Positions 40,119-53,712 are shown, numbered from the stretch's first letter. The stretch is 64,000 nucleotides of DNA from Eledone cirrhosa (GCA_964016885.1 OZ024742.1:343604001-343668000), one strand, 5' to 3'. The notes: generated by a model from the letters alone, not told the origin. Program-made: numbers and translations.

Positions 40119-40553
40119 CTGAAAAGCAAATACAAATATTGGTTGTGTTAAATAAACGAAGTATTCGCTGGTCTCGAATAACCCCCCTCGCTTCCCCGAA
40201 TATTCATTTTTCATTTTTTTTTGCATAGTCTCCTCGCTTATTAAATTTTGCTCGTCAGACTCCGGCGAAATTTTATTTTAAGTGGTAGCATTCCTGCGAC
40301 AATTAATTTTCTTTACACATTAAAAAAACAATCACGACTAAAAAATTCTTCTTCTTCTTCTTTTTCTTCTTCTTCTTCTTCTTTCACTTATTCCCGAAGA
40401 GAGGAGAGGGCGGTGGTCTTCTATTTTAAAGGTTATTATATTCTTGAAATTCCAGATGTAAAGAGCCGGATATACATTGAATTCAGAAGCGTTAGTAGTA
40501 TTAAAGAAGACGACCGTAGTATTAGATGAATGGATTTAAATTGAGTTACTTAC

Positions 40554-40784
40554 CTGTTGAAAAAAACCCACGAAAACCTTCAAACCTGTGAACACATTAA
40601 AATTTGGTGAAAAGGTCACACCAAAAGACGCAGCTCCTAACAACAGCTGGCATATAATCATCACAGGCTTACGTCCATATCTATCTGCAAAAATTGGTAC
40701 CAGTGCTGCTCCAAGAGCCATTCCAACAGTTTGCATAGTCTGAGTAAACGGTCCTAAAGCTGCTTTGTCACAGACCAGATCCCA
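40554..40784 (-). CDS. SLC22-like transporter internal exon (TM2-TM4): WDLVCD...ADRYGRKP...VFVGFFQQ
   Basis: WDLVC and DRYGRK SLC22/MFS signatures; ttacag acceptor and gtaagt donor; 231 nt. Confidence 0.95.
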
Positions 40785-41052
40785 CTGTAATGAGAGAAAT
40801 TGTAACATTTTATGTAGTTTTTTAGAAGAATTATTTACTCGGTAGAGAGTCGGACACCATGCTTTGCAGCATAGAGTTACGGCCCTTTATGATCTGAGTT
40901 CAAATTCCGCCGAGGTTAACTTTGCCTTTCATCCTTACGGGGTCGGTAAAATAAAGTACCAGTCACACACTGGGGTCGATTTAATCGACATTCCCCTCCT
41001 CCCAAATTGCTGGCCTTGTGCCTATATAAGAAACCATTATTTACTTAATAAA

Positions 41053-41237
41053 GGCAGTGGATTGGCAGTATCGGTAGAGGGTCGGACGCTATGCTTTGCA
41101 GCAAAGAGTTCCGGCCCTTTATGGTCTGAGTTCAAATCCCGCCGAGGTTAACTTTGCCTTTCATCCTTATGGGGTCGATAAAATAAAGTACCAGTAATGT
41201 ACTGAGATAATTGCTGGCCTTGTGCCAAAAGTAGAAA
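41053..41237 (+). mobile_element. Full-length copy of the main tRNA-derived Nin-core SINE
   Basis: A box tggcagtatcgg, B box gagttcaaatcc, Nin-like core, tail ggccttgtgccaaaagtagaaa. Confidence 0.85.
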
Positions 41238-41676
41238 TCATTTTTTACTTAATATTAGAATTTATTGAGCACATATATACTTACATACACACACGCACAC
41301 ACACACGCACACGCACGCACACACGCATGCACACACATAAACACACACATAGGCACAGATACTCAGACACACACACACACACACACATATATATGTATAC
41401 TCCAAGAGATGCCAATGGACCTGTTATTTTTCTCCGATTCCGCACTGTCCGTTCCCTCAATCTTTCTAATATCTCATTCTTTCACCCGATGAAGGATTAG
41501 TGTCCGAAATGTTGAGACCCTTCCATATACTGTACCGTTTGTGTTGTTATTTCTGTTTACCTTTTAAATATATATATATATGATTGGTTCAGGGTCACAA
41601 TTTATGGACTCGATTCCATTGTCGGTCTCATCTTCAGACTGGCGATGTGAGAAAAAGTAAAGTGTTTGTCGCATCG

Positions 41677-41765
41677 CCAGTCTGAAGAGCACATCTATAA
41701 TGGAGTCGGGTCCATAACTTCTATGGATGACCTGAGCCAATCCTCTGCGAAACGCGCGTAACAGG
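41677..41765 (+). ncRNA. Hammerhead-like motif with extended stem II and palindromic stem III
   Basis: ccagt-CTGAAGA-gcaca...tctgc-GAAA-cgcgcg-TA-acagg, with one mismatch in each of stems I and II. Confidence 0.6.
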
Positions 41766-41905
41766 TCGATACACAATAAAACACTAACATCATAAAGAAA
41801 CGAAATTTCATCGTTCAATCGTAGCCTTCTGTTTCGGACGGACCACTCTATGGCTAGTTTGTTGACTAGCTCTTCCCTCTTCCTTACCCCCTCTCTCTCT
41901 GTCAA

Positions 41906-41978
<73 letters not shown>

Positions 41979-42459
41979 ATTTGCAACAACACAGCACAGC
42001 ACGCCATTTTTCATTCCTATATGCTTTCCCCTTCGCTGTGACCTGTTTTTTTCTCTTCCCTTACTGCTATCCTCTTTCTCGCTCCCCTTCTCTCCATCGT
42101 CCCACACCGTGCGAAATTCTTTCCTCGCTTACTTTCGCACGGTTAAGATGTGTCTTTCGTCTTCTCGTCAATATTCGCAAGTTCTTATGTTCAAATGAAT
42201 CATTGACTTGATTTTCTCATTTTTTCCTCTCTTTACGTTGGCTCACCATTCGCGTTTGTTTACCTGTCTCTCTTTCTCCACCCAATTCTTTTATCCCAAT
42301 AACTTATTTTAGTTATTGTTCGCGCTAGCCTGAGGTATCTGGTCATTAATGCGAAGAAATACCTATGATGGCTAGTAGACCACTGATGATGGATAGTCCT
42401 GGCTTCTATTTCTAATTCTTCATTTTAATTTGCAACAACTCAACACGCCATTTTTCATT

Positions 42460-42500
<41 letters not shown>

Positions 42501-42630
42501 TGCCACCTCGTTATCGAGTATGGCCATTGCACGATACAACATCATTATTAATGATTATCAATTAATGCTATCGTGTAATGCCTGTGCGTGAAGATATTTT
42601 TAAAGCGAGGAAAGACTGTGCACTTATATG

Positions 42631-42755
<125 letters not shown>

Positions 42756-42920
42756 ATATATATATAATATAAAATTTAAGCCCAAATCACACTTTGAGTG
42801 GGGATACAAGTCTTTCCTCACTTTAACAAACTCTTCACACGCAGGCATTACACGATAGAATTAATAATGCTATATTGTGCAATGGCCATCCTCGATGATG
42901 AGGGTGCAGCCATCATCCTC

Positions 42921-42953
<33 letters not shown>

Positions 42954-42995
42954 TGTATGTATGTATGTATGTATGTATGTATGTATGTATGTATG

Positions 42996-45900
42996 TTCTT
43001 CTGGTTTTATAATTTTATAAATTTTTACTAATGGAGAGTCGGTTTCTAACATAGATAGAAGACTCTCTCATTGGAATTTACACAACATCAACTAGGTAGA
43101 TATGTCTGCATGTCTGCATGCATGCATGTGTAGGTATGGATGTTATTGTATGCATGGATGTGTATCTTTTGAGTTATATGTGTGCATATGCATATGTTTT
43201 GTATCTGTACATGTGTATATGCAGTTATTAGATGCAGACTGTTTGAAATGTTTTACATATTTTTACTGTTCCATTAATGGATTGTACTTGTAATTTCCTA
43301 ACTAGTATTATTTCTGTTTCTGTGAAACCTAGCTTCTCAAGATTTGTACTGAGGCAGTTACTCACATAACCTACTGCCCCAATAATCACAGGTATAAATC
43401 TGAAAGTATAGTCAGGGTGGAGTATCTGCAGATTTCTCATCAGTTCTGCATAGATATTCTCCTTTTCGCTAATCTTTGATATTATATAGGCATCTGCTGG
43501 GCAGCTAATTTCCACTACAGTGCATGCCTCCTTTTCCCTGTCCCATATCATACTATCTGGTCTGTTTTGCTTGCATTTTATTGGGGTTTTGACTGGAACA
43601 TTCCACAGTACTCTTTTATATTATGTATGTATATGTCTTCCACATTGTTGTAGCCTTTAATGTATTTATTGTTGGGGCTATCTTTTCTACGGATTGCATT
43701 GTACAGTGTTTTGGCCACTACATCATGCCTCATAAGTAGATAGTACCGCGATGACATCTTTGGAAAGCAGCTGATGACATGGGTGACATCTTCGATGTTA
43801 ATTCTGCAGAGTCTGCACTTGTTATCACATCTAGGTGTTTTCCCTATCTCTTTTGTGAATCAGGTATGAATTGGTCCAAGATAGACTACTTTGTTTATCT
43901 ATATTACTCTCACTCTGGAGCTTCCTGGCAACAAATCCATGCATAACATTTTGCTGATAAGCGTGCAGTTTTTCATCCATGGATTCACTGCGGTACTCCT
44001 GGGCAATTTCCCTGGGTTTGAGTTTTTGATTATCGTGCTGGGCGTATCTTTCAAGGAGTTCCTCCCCAACTCTCATGATCTTATCTGTCTCATGCAGATA
44101 GACTTGCTAAATAGATGGGCTCCTACGTTTGGAGGTTCGTAAATATTGTCGGAGGGATATGATGCGACATTCAAATGCTGTCTGGACTGATGTTAGGCTT
44201 CTGCCTCCCTCTTTACGTTTCAAGTAGAGGCGGTCTATGTCACTGTTGATGTGGAAGTTTCCGGTGTTGTTTAGTATTTTTCGAGTTCTAACATCAATTG
44301 ATCGGATTTCATGTATCGCCAATCGAGTATTCCAAACACTGATGTTATGACAGGCACAGCAAACACATTGTGAGTCATTGTTTTATCGTGCGCAGAGAGT
44401 TCCAATGACCACATTTTTCTTAATCGGGTGTAGTATTCCCCGGTTACGTGTTCCTTATTACAAATACCATTATAGGATATATTTTCATCTATCCCCAGGT
44501 ATCTGTAGCAGTCCTCATCAGATATCGGTGAAATAGCTAGGCTATTGATAAAAATGTTACTAGATTGGGTTGTCGTTTTCCCCACTTTACAATCATATAT
44601 GAACATTTATCTTGGCCAAACTCCATTCCTATATCCTTTGAGAATGTTGTAACCAGGTCAAGATTTTTCTTCACCCCATTTATGCTCTTGGCATAATTTC
44701 ACATCATCCACAAAGAAATTATGGGTTACGTTCGTATTTCTGTCCTCATGTGAGCCAATGATGTATCCTTCACATTTCTTGAGCAGAAGGCACAAGGGGT
44801 TTAATGACAGGATGAATAATATCACCGAGAGACTGTCTCCCTGAAATATACTCTTGTGATATTCTTTTTTTATCAGTGAAAATAGAGTCCTCCTCTGTTT
44901 TTAACTTTATGATAATAGTCCAAGAAGAAGACATCTTCTTTATGGCTCTGATAATAATGTCTGGGACTTTAGCGAGTCGGAGGGCCTCTATCATCGAAGA
45001 GTGGGGAACAGAATCGAAAGCTTTCCTGTAGTCCAGCCAGACTGTAGACATATTCCTCCTACGTTGGTATACCTCTGACATCGAAGTTTTGTTGATTAAT
45101 AGTTGTTCAGCACATCCCCAAACCCCTTTCTTTCCAGCTGCTTGTTCATCTGTGATGATGTTATTATTTTCACAGTGATCTTGGAGAGATAGGTTCAGGC
45201 AGACTGTATACATCTTATACATCAGGTTCTGGCATGTAATGGGTCGGTACTTTTTTTCCAAGTGGGTGTATTTGTTCTTGGGTACCAGTAATGTTTGTGT
45301 TAATGCCAACCATTGCGATACATATGTATCTCTCTTGAGAGTTTGTTGGTAGAGGTCGATAAGATACATCCGATAGAATATCATTTTTTTGTACCAGCAA
45401 CCGACAATTATGTCTCTTCCTGGTGTTTTCTTATTTTGGAGGTTTTCTATCACAATCTCAAGGGTATCCTCATTTATTTCGTATGCTTTTGTTGTAGTGT
45501 AGGATCAATAGTTCTTTTGAATTTCTTTTATCCACACTGCATCTTGGTTGAAATTTTTATTTTCATCCCATATTTTTCTCCAAAAGGAATCTATGTCTTT
45601 CTGGGATGGGGCTTCAGTGACATTTATTATTTTGCCCTTCATATCTCCATAGACTGATGTTTGGTTTTGTCTGAATCTTTTATTAAGCACTTTTCTTTCA
45701 TCTACCCTCTTCAGGTATCGGTGTTTCTCGCTGACAGCTCTCAATTCTTGTTTGAGGCTGATCAGTTTATATTGAAGAGTTCTAGATCTATTGTTACCAA
45801 ACATCGTCTCTATTTCATTTTTCACTCTTTGTTGGTGAGGAGTGATGTTTTTTTGTTTTTGTTTGCATGTAAGGAGCATTGTCACATATCCTATGGGTTT

Positions 45901-46530
45901 TCGTAGGTCAGCAATCTTTTTTTTTCTATTGTAGTTATATAAGCTGGTATTTTTGGTGGTGTTTTCTTCTTGTTAATAACTCTGCTATAACCAAGATAAT
46001 GCTTCACTATCGTTGCTAGGGCATATAAACAGGCGTTGATTTGCCAAAATGTGGGGAATTTAATTCATCGAAAATATTCAAACCCTATTTTGTCAATAGC
46101 ACATAAGATTTCATTATTTGGTTTTATTTTATTAAATATTGTTGTTTTATTACGTTCAGCAAGAAAAATATTTTTACATTCTCTCTGGAAGATTTCGTTG
46201 AGGGAAATTTTCAAATGTTTATACTTTTGATTATTATTATCAATAGTGATAATAATAATCTATTGATAAAAATGTTGCTAGATTGGGTTGTCGTTTTCCC
46301 CACTTTACAATCATATATGAACATTTATCTTGGCCAAACTCCATTCCTATATCCGAGGTTGACTTTGCCTTTCATCCTTACGGGGTCGATAAAATAAAGT
46401 ACCAGTAATGTACTGGTTAATTGCTGGCCTTGTGCCTAAAGTAGAAACAATTATTATTATCAATAGTGTTTTCCACAACATTCGAGAAAAGAGTCAGATG
46501 GTAATCGTGGTTTCAAATTTCTTACCGGCA
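42996..46530 (-). mobile_element. R4/Dong-like RLE LINE, same family as 34008-39148, decayed
   Basis: Collinear ORF pieces 45505-45885, 44770-45453 and 43228-43551; 3' end ccagaagaa followed by (CATA)n. Confidence 0.92.
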
Positions 46531-46557
46531 TATATGTATGTGTGTATGTATGTATGT

Positions 46558-47716
46558 GTCGGGTCACTCTTGAGTGCTATTGGTAACATGTAACCCAGTA
46601 CAACCTGTCACATAGTCGGGTCGTCGGCGACTAAACCGGCAACCCCACCAAATTTACTTGGTGAGGAGGGTGATTTAGGATACCCTGCAAGACAAAGAAA
46701 CAAAACCTGACAAAGGGCGGAAGAACTCATAAGAATCAACGGCCATCCGAAAGTGTGTAAATATGTATATGCACATGTACATATGTATGTATATGTATAT
46801 ATACATGGGTGCATGTGTATGTATATACGCGGGGACATAGAAATAATCGGGTTGGACACCCGATCACGCGGTTAAACCACTGGGAGTGAAGGACCCCTAG
46901 CCTTTGTCAGGGCATTCTTCTAGGAGAAGGCAACTCAAGAAACTGGGATAACTCCGATATAAAACCAGCTGCTCAGTAGTTACCGATGATGTTGATCTTT
47001 TCTTTTCGGGTTATATCTACTGTCGCTCAGAGAGTGGGATTGGCTCAGTGCACAGTCTTTTCTCACTTTAAAAAACATCTTCATGCACAGGCATTGCACA
47101 ATAGAATTAATTAATAATTATTAATAGTGTTATATCGTGCAATGGCCATACCCGAGGACGAGGGGGCAGCCATCATGTATGTATGTATGTCGAGTCACTC
47201 TTGAGGGCTAATGGTAACCCAGTACAATCTGTCGCATGGTCAGGTCGTCAGCAACTAAACTGGCAACCCCACCAAGTTTATTTGGTGAGGAGGGTGATTT
47301 TGGACGCCCCGCAGGACAAAAAACAAAACCTGACAAAGGGCGGAAGAACTCATAAGAGTAAACGGCCATCCGAAAGTGTGTAAATATGTATATACACATG
47401 TACCGCGTGGTTAAACCACTGGGAGTGAAGGCCCCTAGCCTTTGTCTGGGCATTCTTCTAGGAGAAGGCAACTCAGGAAACTGGGATAACTCCGACATAA
47501 AACCTGCAGCTCAGTAGTTACCGATGATGTTGATCTTTTCTTCTTTTCGGGTTATAGCGACTGTCGCTCAGAGAATGTGACTGGCTCAGTGCGCAGTCTT
47601 TCCTCACTTTAAAAAAATCTTCACGCTCAGGCATTGGACGATAGCATTAATTGGTAATTATTAATAATGTTATATTGTGCAATGGCCATACTCGATAACG
47701 CGGGGGCAGCCATCAT
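46558..47716 (+). mobile_element. Two tandem copies of the RTE-derived non-coding retroposon
   Basis: 46558-47176 and 47189-47716 are homologous; each ends in the ggcagccatc hairpin followed by (ATGT)n. Confidence 0.7.
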
Positions 47717-47733
47717 GTATGTATGTATGTATG

Positions 47734-50508
47734 TTCTTCTGGTTTTATAATTTCACAAAGTTTTACCAATAGAGAGAGAGAGTGGGTTTCTAACATAGGC
47801 ACAAGACTCTCTCATTGGAATTTACACAACATCAACTAGGTAGATATGTATGGATGTCTGCATGCATGCATGCATGTGTGTTTTGAGTTGTATGTGTGCA
47901 TGTGTATATGCTTTGTATCTGTACATGTGTATATGCAGTTATTAGATGCAACATTTTTGGAATGTTTTACATATTTTTACTGTTCCATTAATGGATTGTA
48001 CTTTTAATTTCCTAACTAGTTGTGTTCTTTCTGTTCCTGTGAAGCCTAGCTTCTCAAGATTTGTATTGAGGCAGTTACTAACATATCCCAGTGCCCCAAT
48101 AATCACAGGCATAAATCTGAAGGTGTAATCAGGGTGGAGTATCTGCAGCTTTCTCATCAGTTCTGCATAAATATTCTCCTTTTCACTAATCTTTGATATT
48201 ATATTGGCATCTGCTGGGCAGCTAATTTCCACTATAGTGCATGTTTTCTTCTCCCTGTCCCATATCATAATATCTGGTCTGTTATGCCTGCATTTTATTG
48301 TTGTTTTTACTGGAACATTCCACCAGTATTTTTCATATTATGTATCTGGATGTCTTCCACATTGTTGTAGCTTTTAATGTGTTTATTATCGGGGCTATCT
48401 TTTTTACCAACTGCATTGTACAGTGTTTTGGCCACTACATCATGCCTTATAGGTAGATAGTACCGCGATGACATCTTTGGGCAGCTGCTGATGACATGGG
48501 TGATATCCTCGATGTTAGTTCTGCAGAGTCTGCACTTGTTATCACATCTAGGTGTTTTGCCTGCATCCCTATCTCTTTTGTGAATCAGGTATTTCGTGCT
48601 AATCTCCTGTTCTTGGATTGCAAAAGCGTATCCTTCAAAGTGGGAGCCAATATAGCGGTTGTTGGTCCAAGATAGACTACTTTCCTTATCTATATTACTC
48701 TCACTCTGGAGCTTCCTGGCAACATATCCATGCATGATTTTTTGCTGATAGGCATGCAGTTTTTCATCCATGGATTCACTGCGATACTGCTGAGCGACAT
48801 CCCTGGGTGTGAGTTTTGTATTATCACATAGGGAATATCTCTCAAGGAGTTCCTTCTCAACTCTCATGATCTTATCTGTTTCATGCAGATAGACTTGCTC
48901 GAGAGACGGGCTCCTACGCTTCGAGGTTCGTAGATGTTGTCGGAGAGATATGATGCGACATTCAAATGTTGTCTGGTCTGATGTTAGACCTCTGCCTCCC
49001 TGCTTACGTTTCAAGTAAAGGCGGTCTATGTCACTGTTGGTCTGGAAGTTTCCGGTGTTGTTCAGTATTTTTCGAGTTCCAACATCAACTGCTCGGATTT
49101 CGTCTATCGTCCAATTGAGTATTCCAAACGTTGGTGTTAGGACAGGCACAGCAAACACATTGTGAGCCACTGTTTTGTTTTGTGCAGAGAGTTCCGATGA
49201 CCAGATCTTTCTTAATCGGGTGTAGTATTCCCTGGTTACGCGTTCTTTATTACAGATACTATTATAGGATATGTTCTCATCTATCCCCAGGTATCTGTAG
49301 CAGTCCTCGTCAGATATTGGTGAAACAGTTAGGCCATTGATACAAATGTTGCTAGATTGGGTTGTAGTTTTCTTCTGCTTTACAGTCATGTATGAGCATT
49401 TATCTTGGCCAAACTCCATTCCTATATCCTTTGAGAATGTTGTAACCAGGTCAAGTTTTTTCTTCATCCCATCCATGTTCTTGGCATAGAGTTTCAGATC
49501 GTCCACAAAGAAGTTATGGGTTAGGTTCTTATTTCTGTCCTCCTGTGAGCCAATGATGTATCCCTCACATTTCTTGAGCAGAAAGGACAAGATGTTTAAT
49601 GACAAGATGAACAATATCACAGAGAGACTGTCCCCCTGAAATATACCCCTGCAATATTTTATTTTATCAGTGAAAATAGAGTCCTCCCTCTCTGTCTTTA
49701 ACCTTAGGATAGTAGCCCAAGAAGAAGATAGCCTCTCTATGGCTCTGACAATAATGTCTGGAACTTTAGAAAGTCGGAGGGCCTCTATCATCGAAGAGTG
49801 GGGAACAGAATCGAAAGCTTTCTTGTAGTCCAGCCAGACTGTAGTCATATTCCTCCTAAGTTGTCGCACCTCCGACATCGCAGTTTTGTTGATTAGGAGT
49901 TGTTCAACACATCCCCAAACCCTTTTCTTTCCAGCTGCTTGTTCATCTGTGATCATGTTATTATTTTCACAGTGATCTTGGAGGAATAGGTTCAGGCAGA
50001 CTGTATACATCTTATACATCAGGTTCTGGCATGCAATGGGTCGGTAGTTTTTTGCCAAGTGGGTGTCTTTGTTCTTGGGGACCAGTAACATTTGTGCTAA
50101 TGTCAACCATTCTGGTATAAGTGTATCTCCCTTAAGAACTTGTTGGTAGAGGTCAGTAAGATTCCTCCGATAGAATATTAGTTTTTTGTACCTGTAGCCG
50201 ACAATCATGTCTCTTCCTGGTGTTTTCTAATCTTGGAGTTTTCCTATCACAGTCTCAAGGGTCCCCTCAATTATTTCGTATGTTTTTGTTGTAGTGTAGG
50301 AGCAATAGTTCTTTCGGATTTCTCTTAGCCACACTGCATCTTGGTTGAAATTCTTCTTTTCACCCCATATTTTTCTCCAAAAGAATCTATGTCTTTCTGG
50401 GATGGGGCCTCAGTCACACTTAATATTTTGCCCTTCATATCTCTATAGACTGATGTTTGGTTTCGTCTGAATCTTTTATTAAGCATTTTTCTCTCATCTA
50501 CCTTCTTC
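47734..50508 (-). mobile_element. R4/Dong-like RLE LINE, 5'-truncated, best-preserved copy
   Basis: 633-aa ORF 48307-50208 with GIFQGDSLS, FFVDDLKLY, CRLC..HVISSC and RHD; RLE tail in 47942-48268; (TATG)n on both sides. Confidence 0.93.
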
Positions 50509-50589
50509 TGTATGTATGTATGTATGTATGTATGTATGTATGTATGTATGTATGTATGTATGTATGTATGTATGTATGTATGTATGTAT

Positions 50590-51198
50590 TAAGTCAGGTC
50601 ACCAGTTGGTGCTACTGGTAACATGTATCCCAGTACAACCTGTCTCATGGTCGGGTCGTTGGCGACTAAACTGGCAACCCCACCAAGGTTTCTTGGTGAG
50701 GAGGGTGACTTTAGACATCCTGCAGGACTAAAAACAAAACCTGTCAAAGGGCAAAGGACCTCTTAAGAGTCAATGGCCATCCCAAATCACCGAGAGATGA
50801 CCCCTTAGCCTTTGTCAAGGCAGAATTCTAGGAGAAGAAAACTCTGATATAACACCTGCAACCCTGATGGTATCCAATGATGTTGACTTGTTCTTCTTTT
50901 TGGTAGATATCATCTTGGTTAAGAGAGTGGGACTGGCTTTGTGCAGTGCCTTTGCTCACTATAAAAGCTTCACGGCACAGGCATTGCTTTAAATCTGGAG
51001 ATCTCTCTGCACTTGTCGTCACATGGTACCATGGGCCCAGCACTATGTGTCACTAATTGTCACAAGTTTAGTGTTTGTACCAGAGTTTTCAAGTCGCAGA
51101 CTGGACTAAAGAGTCACACTCGTTCAGCGCAACGGTAGGGGTTCTCCTACATCGATATATAGTAGTGGCCGTACTCGAAAACGAGTTGGCAGCCACCA
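50590..51198 (+). mobile_element. RTE-derived non-coding retroposon
   Basis: Inverted close copy of 28149-28760, flanked by (TATG)n. Confidence 0.7.
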
Positions 51199-51445
51199 TG
51201 TATGTATGTACGTATGTATGTATGTACGCATGTATGTATGTATGTTTGTTTCTATTTGTATGTATGTGCCTGTGGGTATGTGAGTCTGTGTATGTTTAAT
51301 ATTTATCTATTTCCTATTTTCTATACGAATTTATTCAAAAGAAATTCTTACTTCTCTGTTCGTCCATAAACTATAGCCAAAAATGAAAGAAAAAAACTTG
51401 CCTACATTCCTATTTCTTTATCGATAAATCAATCCACAATTTTAC

Positions 51446-51678
51446 CTCTGACACAAAGGAGTTTTGTCTGGAGTCATTATAGACGTATCCATTGGTGCAA
51501 GGAAGCGTTTTTATCTTTGATTTCGTAGAATTTTCGCTTGACATGACATTTACAGAACATTTCTCGTATTGAAGCCAAGTGTTGTTCTCGATATCATCAT
51601 ATTTCCTGAGCTGTTCTATCTCATTTGACCGGGTACTGCTGTTGTCATAGGGACGGCATTGATGTTCTGGATAAACAC
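51446..51678 (-). CDS. SLC22-like transporter internal exon (large extracellular loop 1): (G)VYPEHQCRP...CTNGYVYNDSRQNSFVSE
   Basis: H.C, conserved cysteines, several N-x-S/T sites and the C..G..Y.....S.VSE motif, which joins WDLVC in phase 0; tcaaatcag acceptor, gtaaaa donor. Confidence 0.92.
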
Positions 51679-51736
51679 CTGATTTGAAAAGAGAACAATT
51701 TCGAAATTGAGTAATTGGGTAATGACCGAAAGAATA

Positions 51737-52053
51737 CGATCGCGAATAGAAGGGGCCGAAATGGGATTCATCCGAAAGTCTTTGGAGTAACGTTACTCGA
51801 TAAAGTGCGTAACTCAATTCCGATACTATGGACATGTGGTTAGAATGCCTAAGGGAAGAATCGTTAGACAGATTTTACGAGCAAAACCAACCGGCAGGAG
51901 ACCCAGGGGTAGACACCGAGCAAGACGGCTGGATAAGATTCATGAGCTTGGCTGGTAACGCCGGATCAGTTAGAAATGGTTGCTTCTGACAGGACCCGCT
52001 GGAAGGAGTATTTGAGGACTTTGACCCCACGACTCTCCCAGGAATAAGTGGGC
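51737..52053 (+). mobile_element. RTE LINE 3' fragment with (AAT)n tail
   Basis: RIEGAEMGFIRKVFGVTLLDKVRN...YYGHVVRMPKGRIVRQILRAKPTGRRPRGR. Confidence 0.8.
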
Positions 52054-52179
52054 GAATAATAATAATAATAATAATTGTTTCTACTTTAGGCACAAGGCCA
52101 GCAATTACCCAGTACATTACTGGTACTTTATTTTATCGACCCCATAAGGATGAAAGGCAAAGTTAATGATAACAATAAT

Positions 52180-53712
52180 GCTTCCTTTATTAACCACAAG
52201 GGTTTACACACAGTAAGACATTAAGGACAGTACAGGACGGTACAAATGGGCATTTCTGCGTGTAAAAAAACAAAAACAAAGGATGTAACAAAAAAGAAAC
52301 AATGAAAAATTCCCCAATAGAGGTGAGACTTCCGAGGGCTATCGTGGAGAAAGCCCATTAAAAAAAGCCACAGTGACCCTGACCACCAGGGCAATGCCCT
52401 CTCCCAGTTTTTCACCTTCAATTTACAGGCACATACTCAGAGTAGGCCCATTCACTCAGGCCATTCTTGCCTCTCTCACCCATCTTTCAACAAAATGCTG
52501 GGAAGAGAGCACTTCTCTCTCTACCCTGATTTTCCTTTTTAAATGAAATTTGAAAAAGTTAATCAGGGCATCACCGAAGGGGTAAGTGCTCGTCTTCAGC
52601 CCTTTCAAACGCGTCCAGCATACTATCTCTTTCGCCATGGCCACCAGACAGATAAAAATTGCCTGCCCTTCCCGGCTAAAGTAAGAGGGCGGGGCAATCC
52701 TCACAAGGGACTCAGCTGATAGCCGGATCCGTCCTACACGCTACAGCAGGTGTTCGACATAAACCCACAAGTTAGCAATGCTCGGACACTGGACGAGTGC
52801 GTGCAGGACGATTTCGTCGCCCTGCGCGCATCCCGGACATGCCCGACTGACGGCACCTCCATGCCTGTAGAGTTTATCCCGAACTGGCAAAGCTCCTCGG
52901 TAGCACTGCCAGGCCACGGATTTCTGGAAGTTGTCCATAGGCCCCGGCCCGAAAGTTCTTCCGAAGAGATTGGCTAGTTGATTTTCGTCGACGCCCAGAG
53001 TTTCTCCAAGTACGTCGTCGCTCTTCCCCTCCACTAATCCTCTATAGAACGCCAAGGTGGAGTTTCCACCGACCACATTGCCCGATTGGTCGAGGGCTGT
53101 GAGCGCCTGAAGAAATTCCAGTCTCCAAGCGCTCCCTCTTGGTCTTCGCTTGACCCAGGACTGCAGCTCCGTCAAGGAGACGAGCTGGGGAAAGACGCGT
53201 CTAGCAAACGGCGACCACACCTGATAACCGTCGAGGAAGAGGTGGAGATGTCATAGTATGAGCGCGTGTATGCGCATCATCAGCCACGGCATACCCAGCC
53301 CTCCACGTAGCGGGTGTTGACAGCAGATGGACAACCTGACCATCGGAGCGCGTCCCTTCCACAAAAAGCGAAAGAGCAAACGCTCCAGCGCAGTCAGGCG
53401 GTAGTAGATGACAGACGCGATGTAAGTATTCGCCACCTCCGCTCGACATTTCAGGGATAGCTTCCTCTCTGCCCATTTCTGGGTGAGATGCCACTCTGCT
53501 CGTCAACTCGTCCCAGTTTTTGTCCTATTGGACGGCATGGACCTGCCTTTCCAGGTGCCGAGCTCTTCCTGGTTGATCATTGCTCCTGTCACCGCCTCGA
53601 TGTGTTTGGCGTTCGACACCACTACGGTGACATCGTCCGCATATGCTGACACGGATCTTCCGCATCCTAGTTCGCGCGGCACCCCCCTCAACGTCTCCAG
53701 TTTATGTAGCCG
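52180..53712 (-). mobile_element. Tx1-like LINE, 5'-truncated, decayed
   Basis: SAYADDVTVVV, GPMDNFQKSVAWQCYRGALPVRDKL; 3' end aataaaggaag followed by cattatt. Confidence 0.9.

Noticed and set aside
46558-46680. HDV-like or twister ribozyme at the 5' end of the RTE-derived element
   Set aside because: I could not build a canonical P1/P1.1/P3 nested pseudoknot or find the twister L4 motif by eye, so it is not called as a feature.
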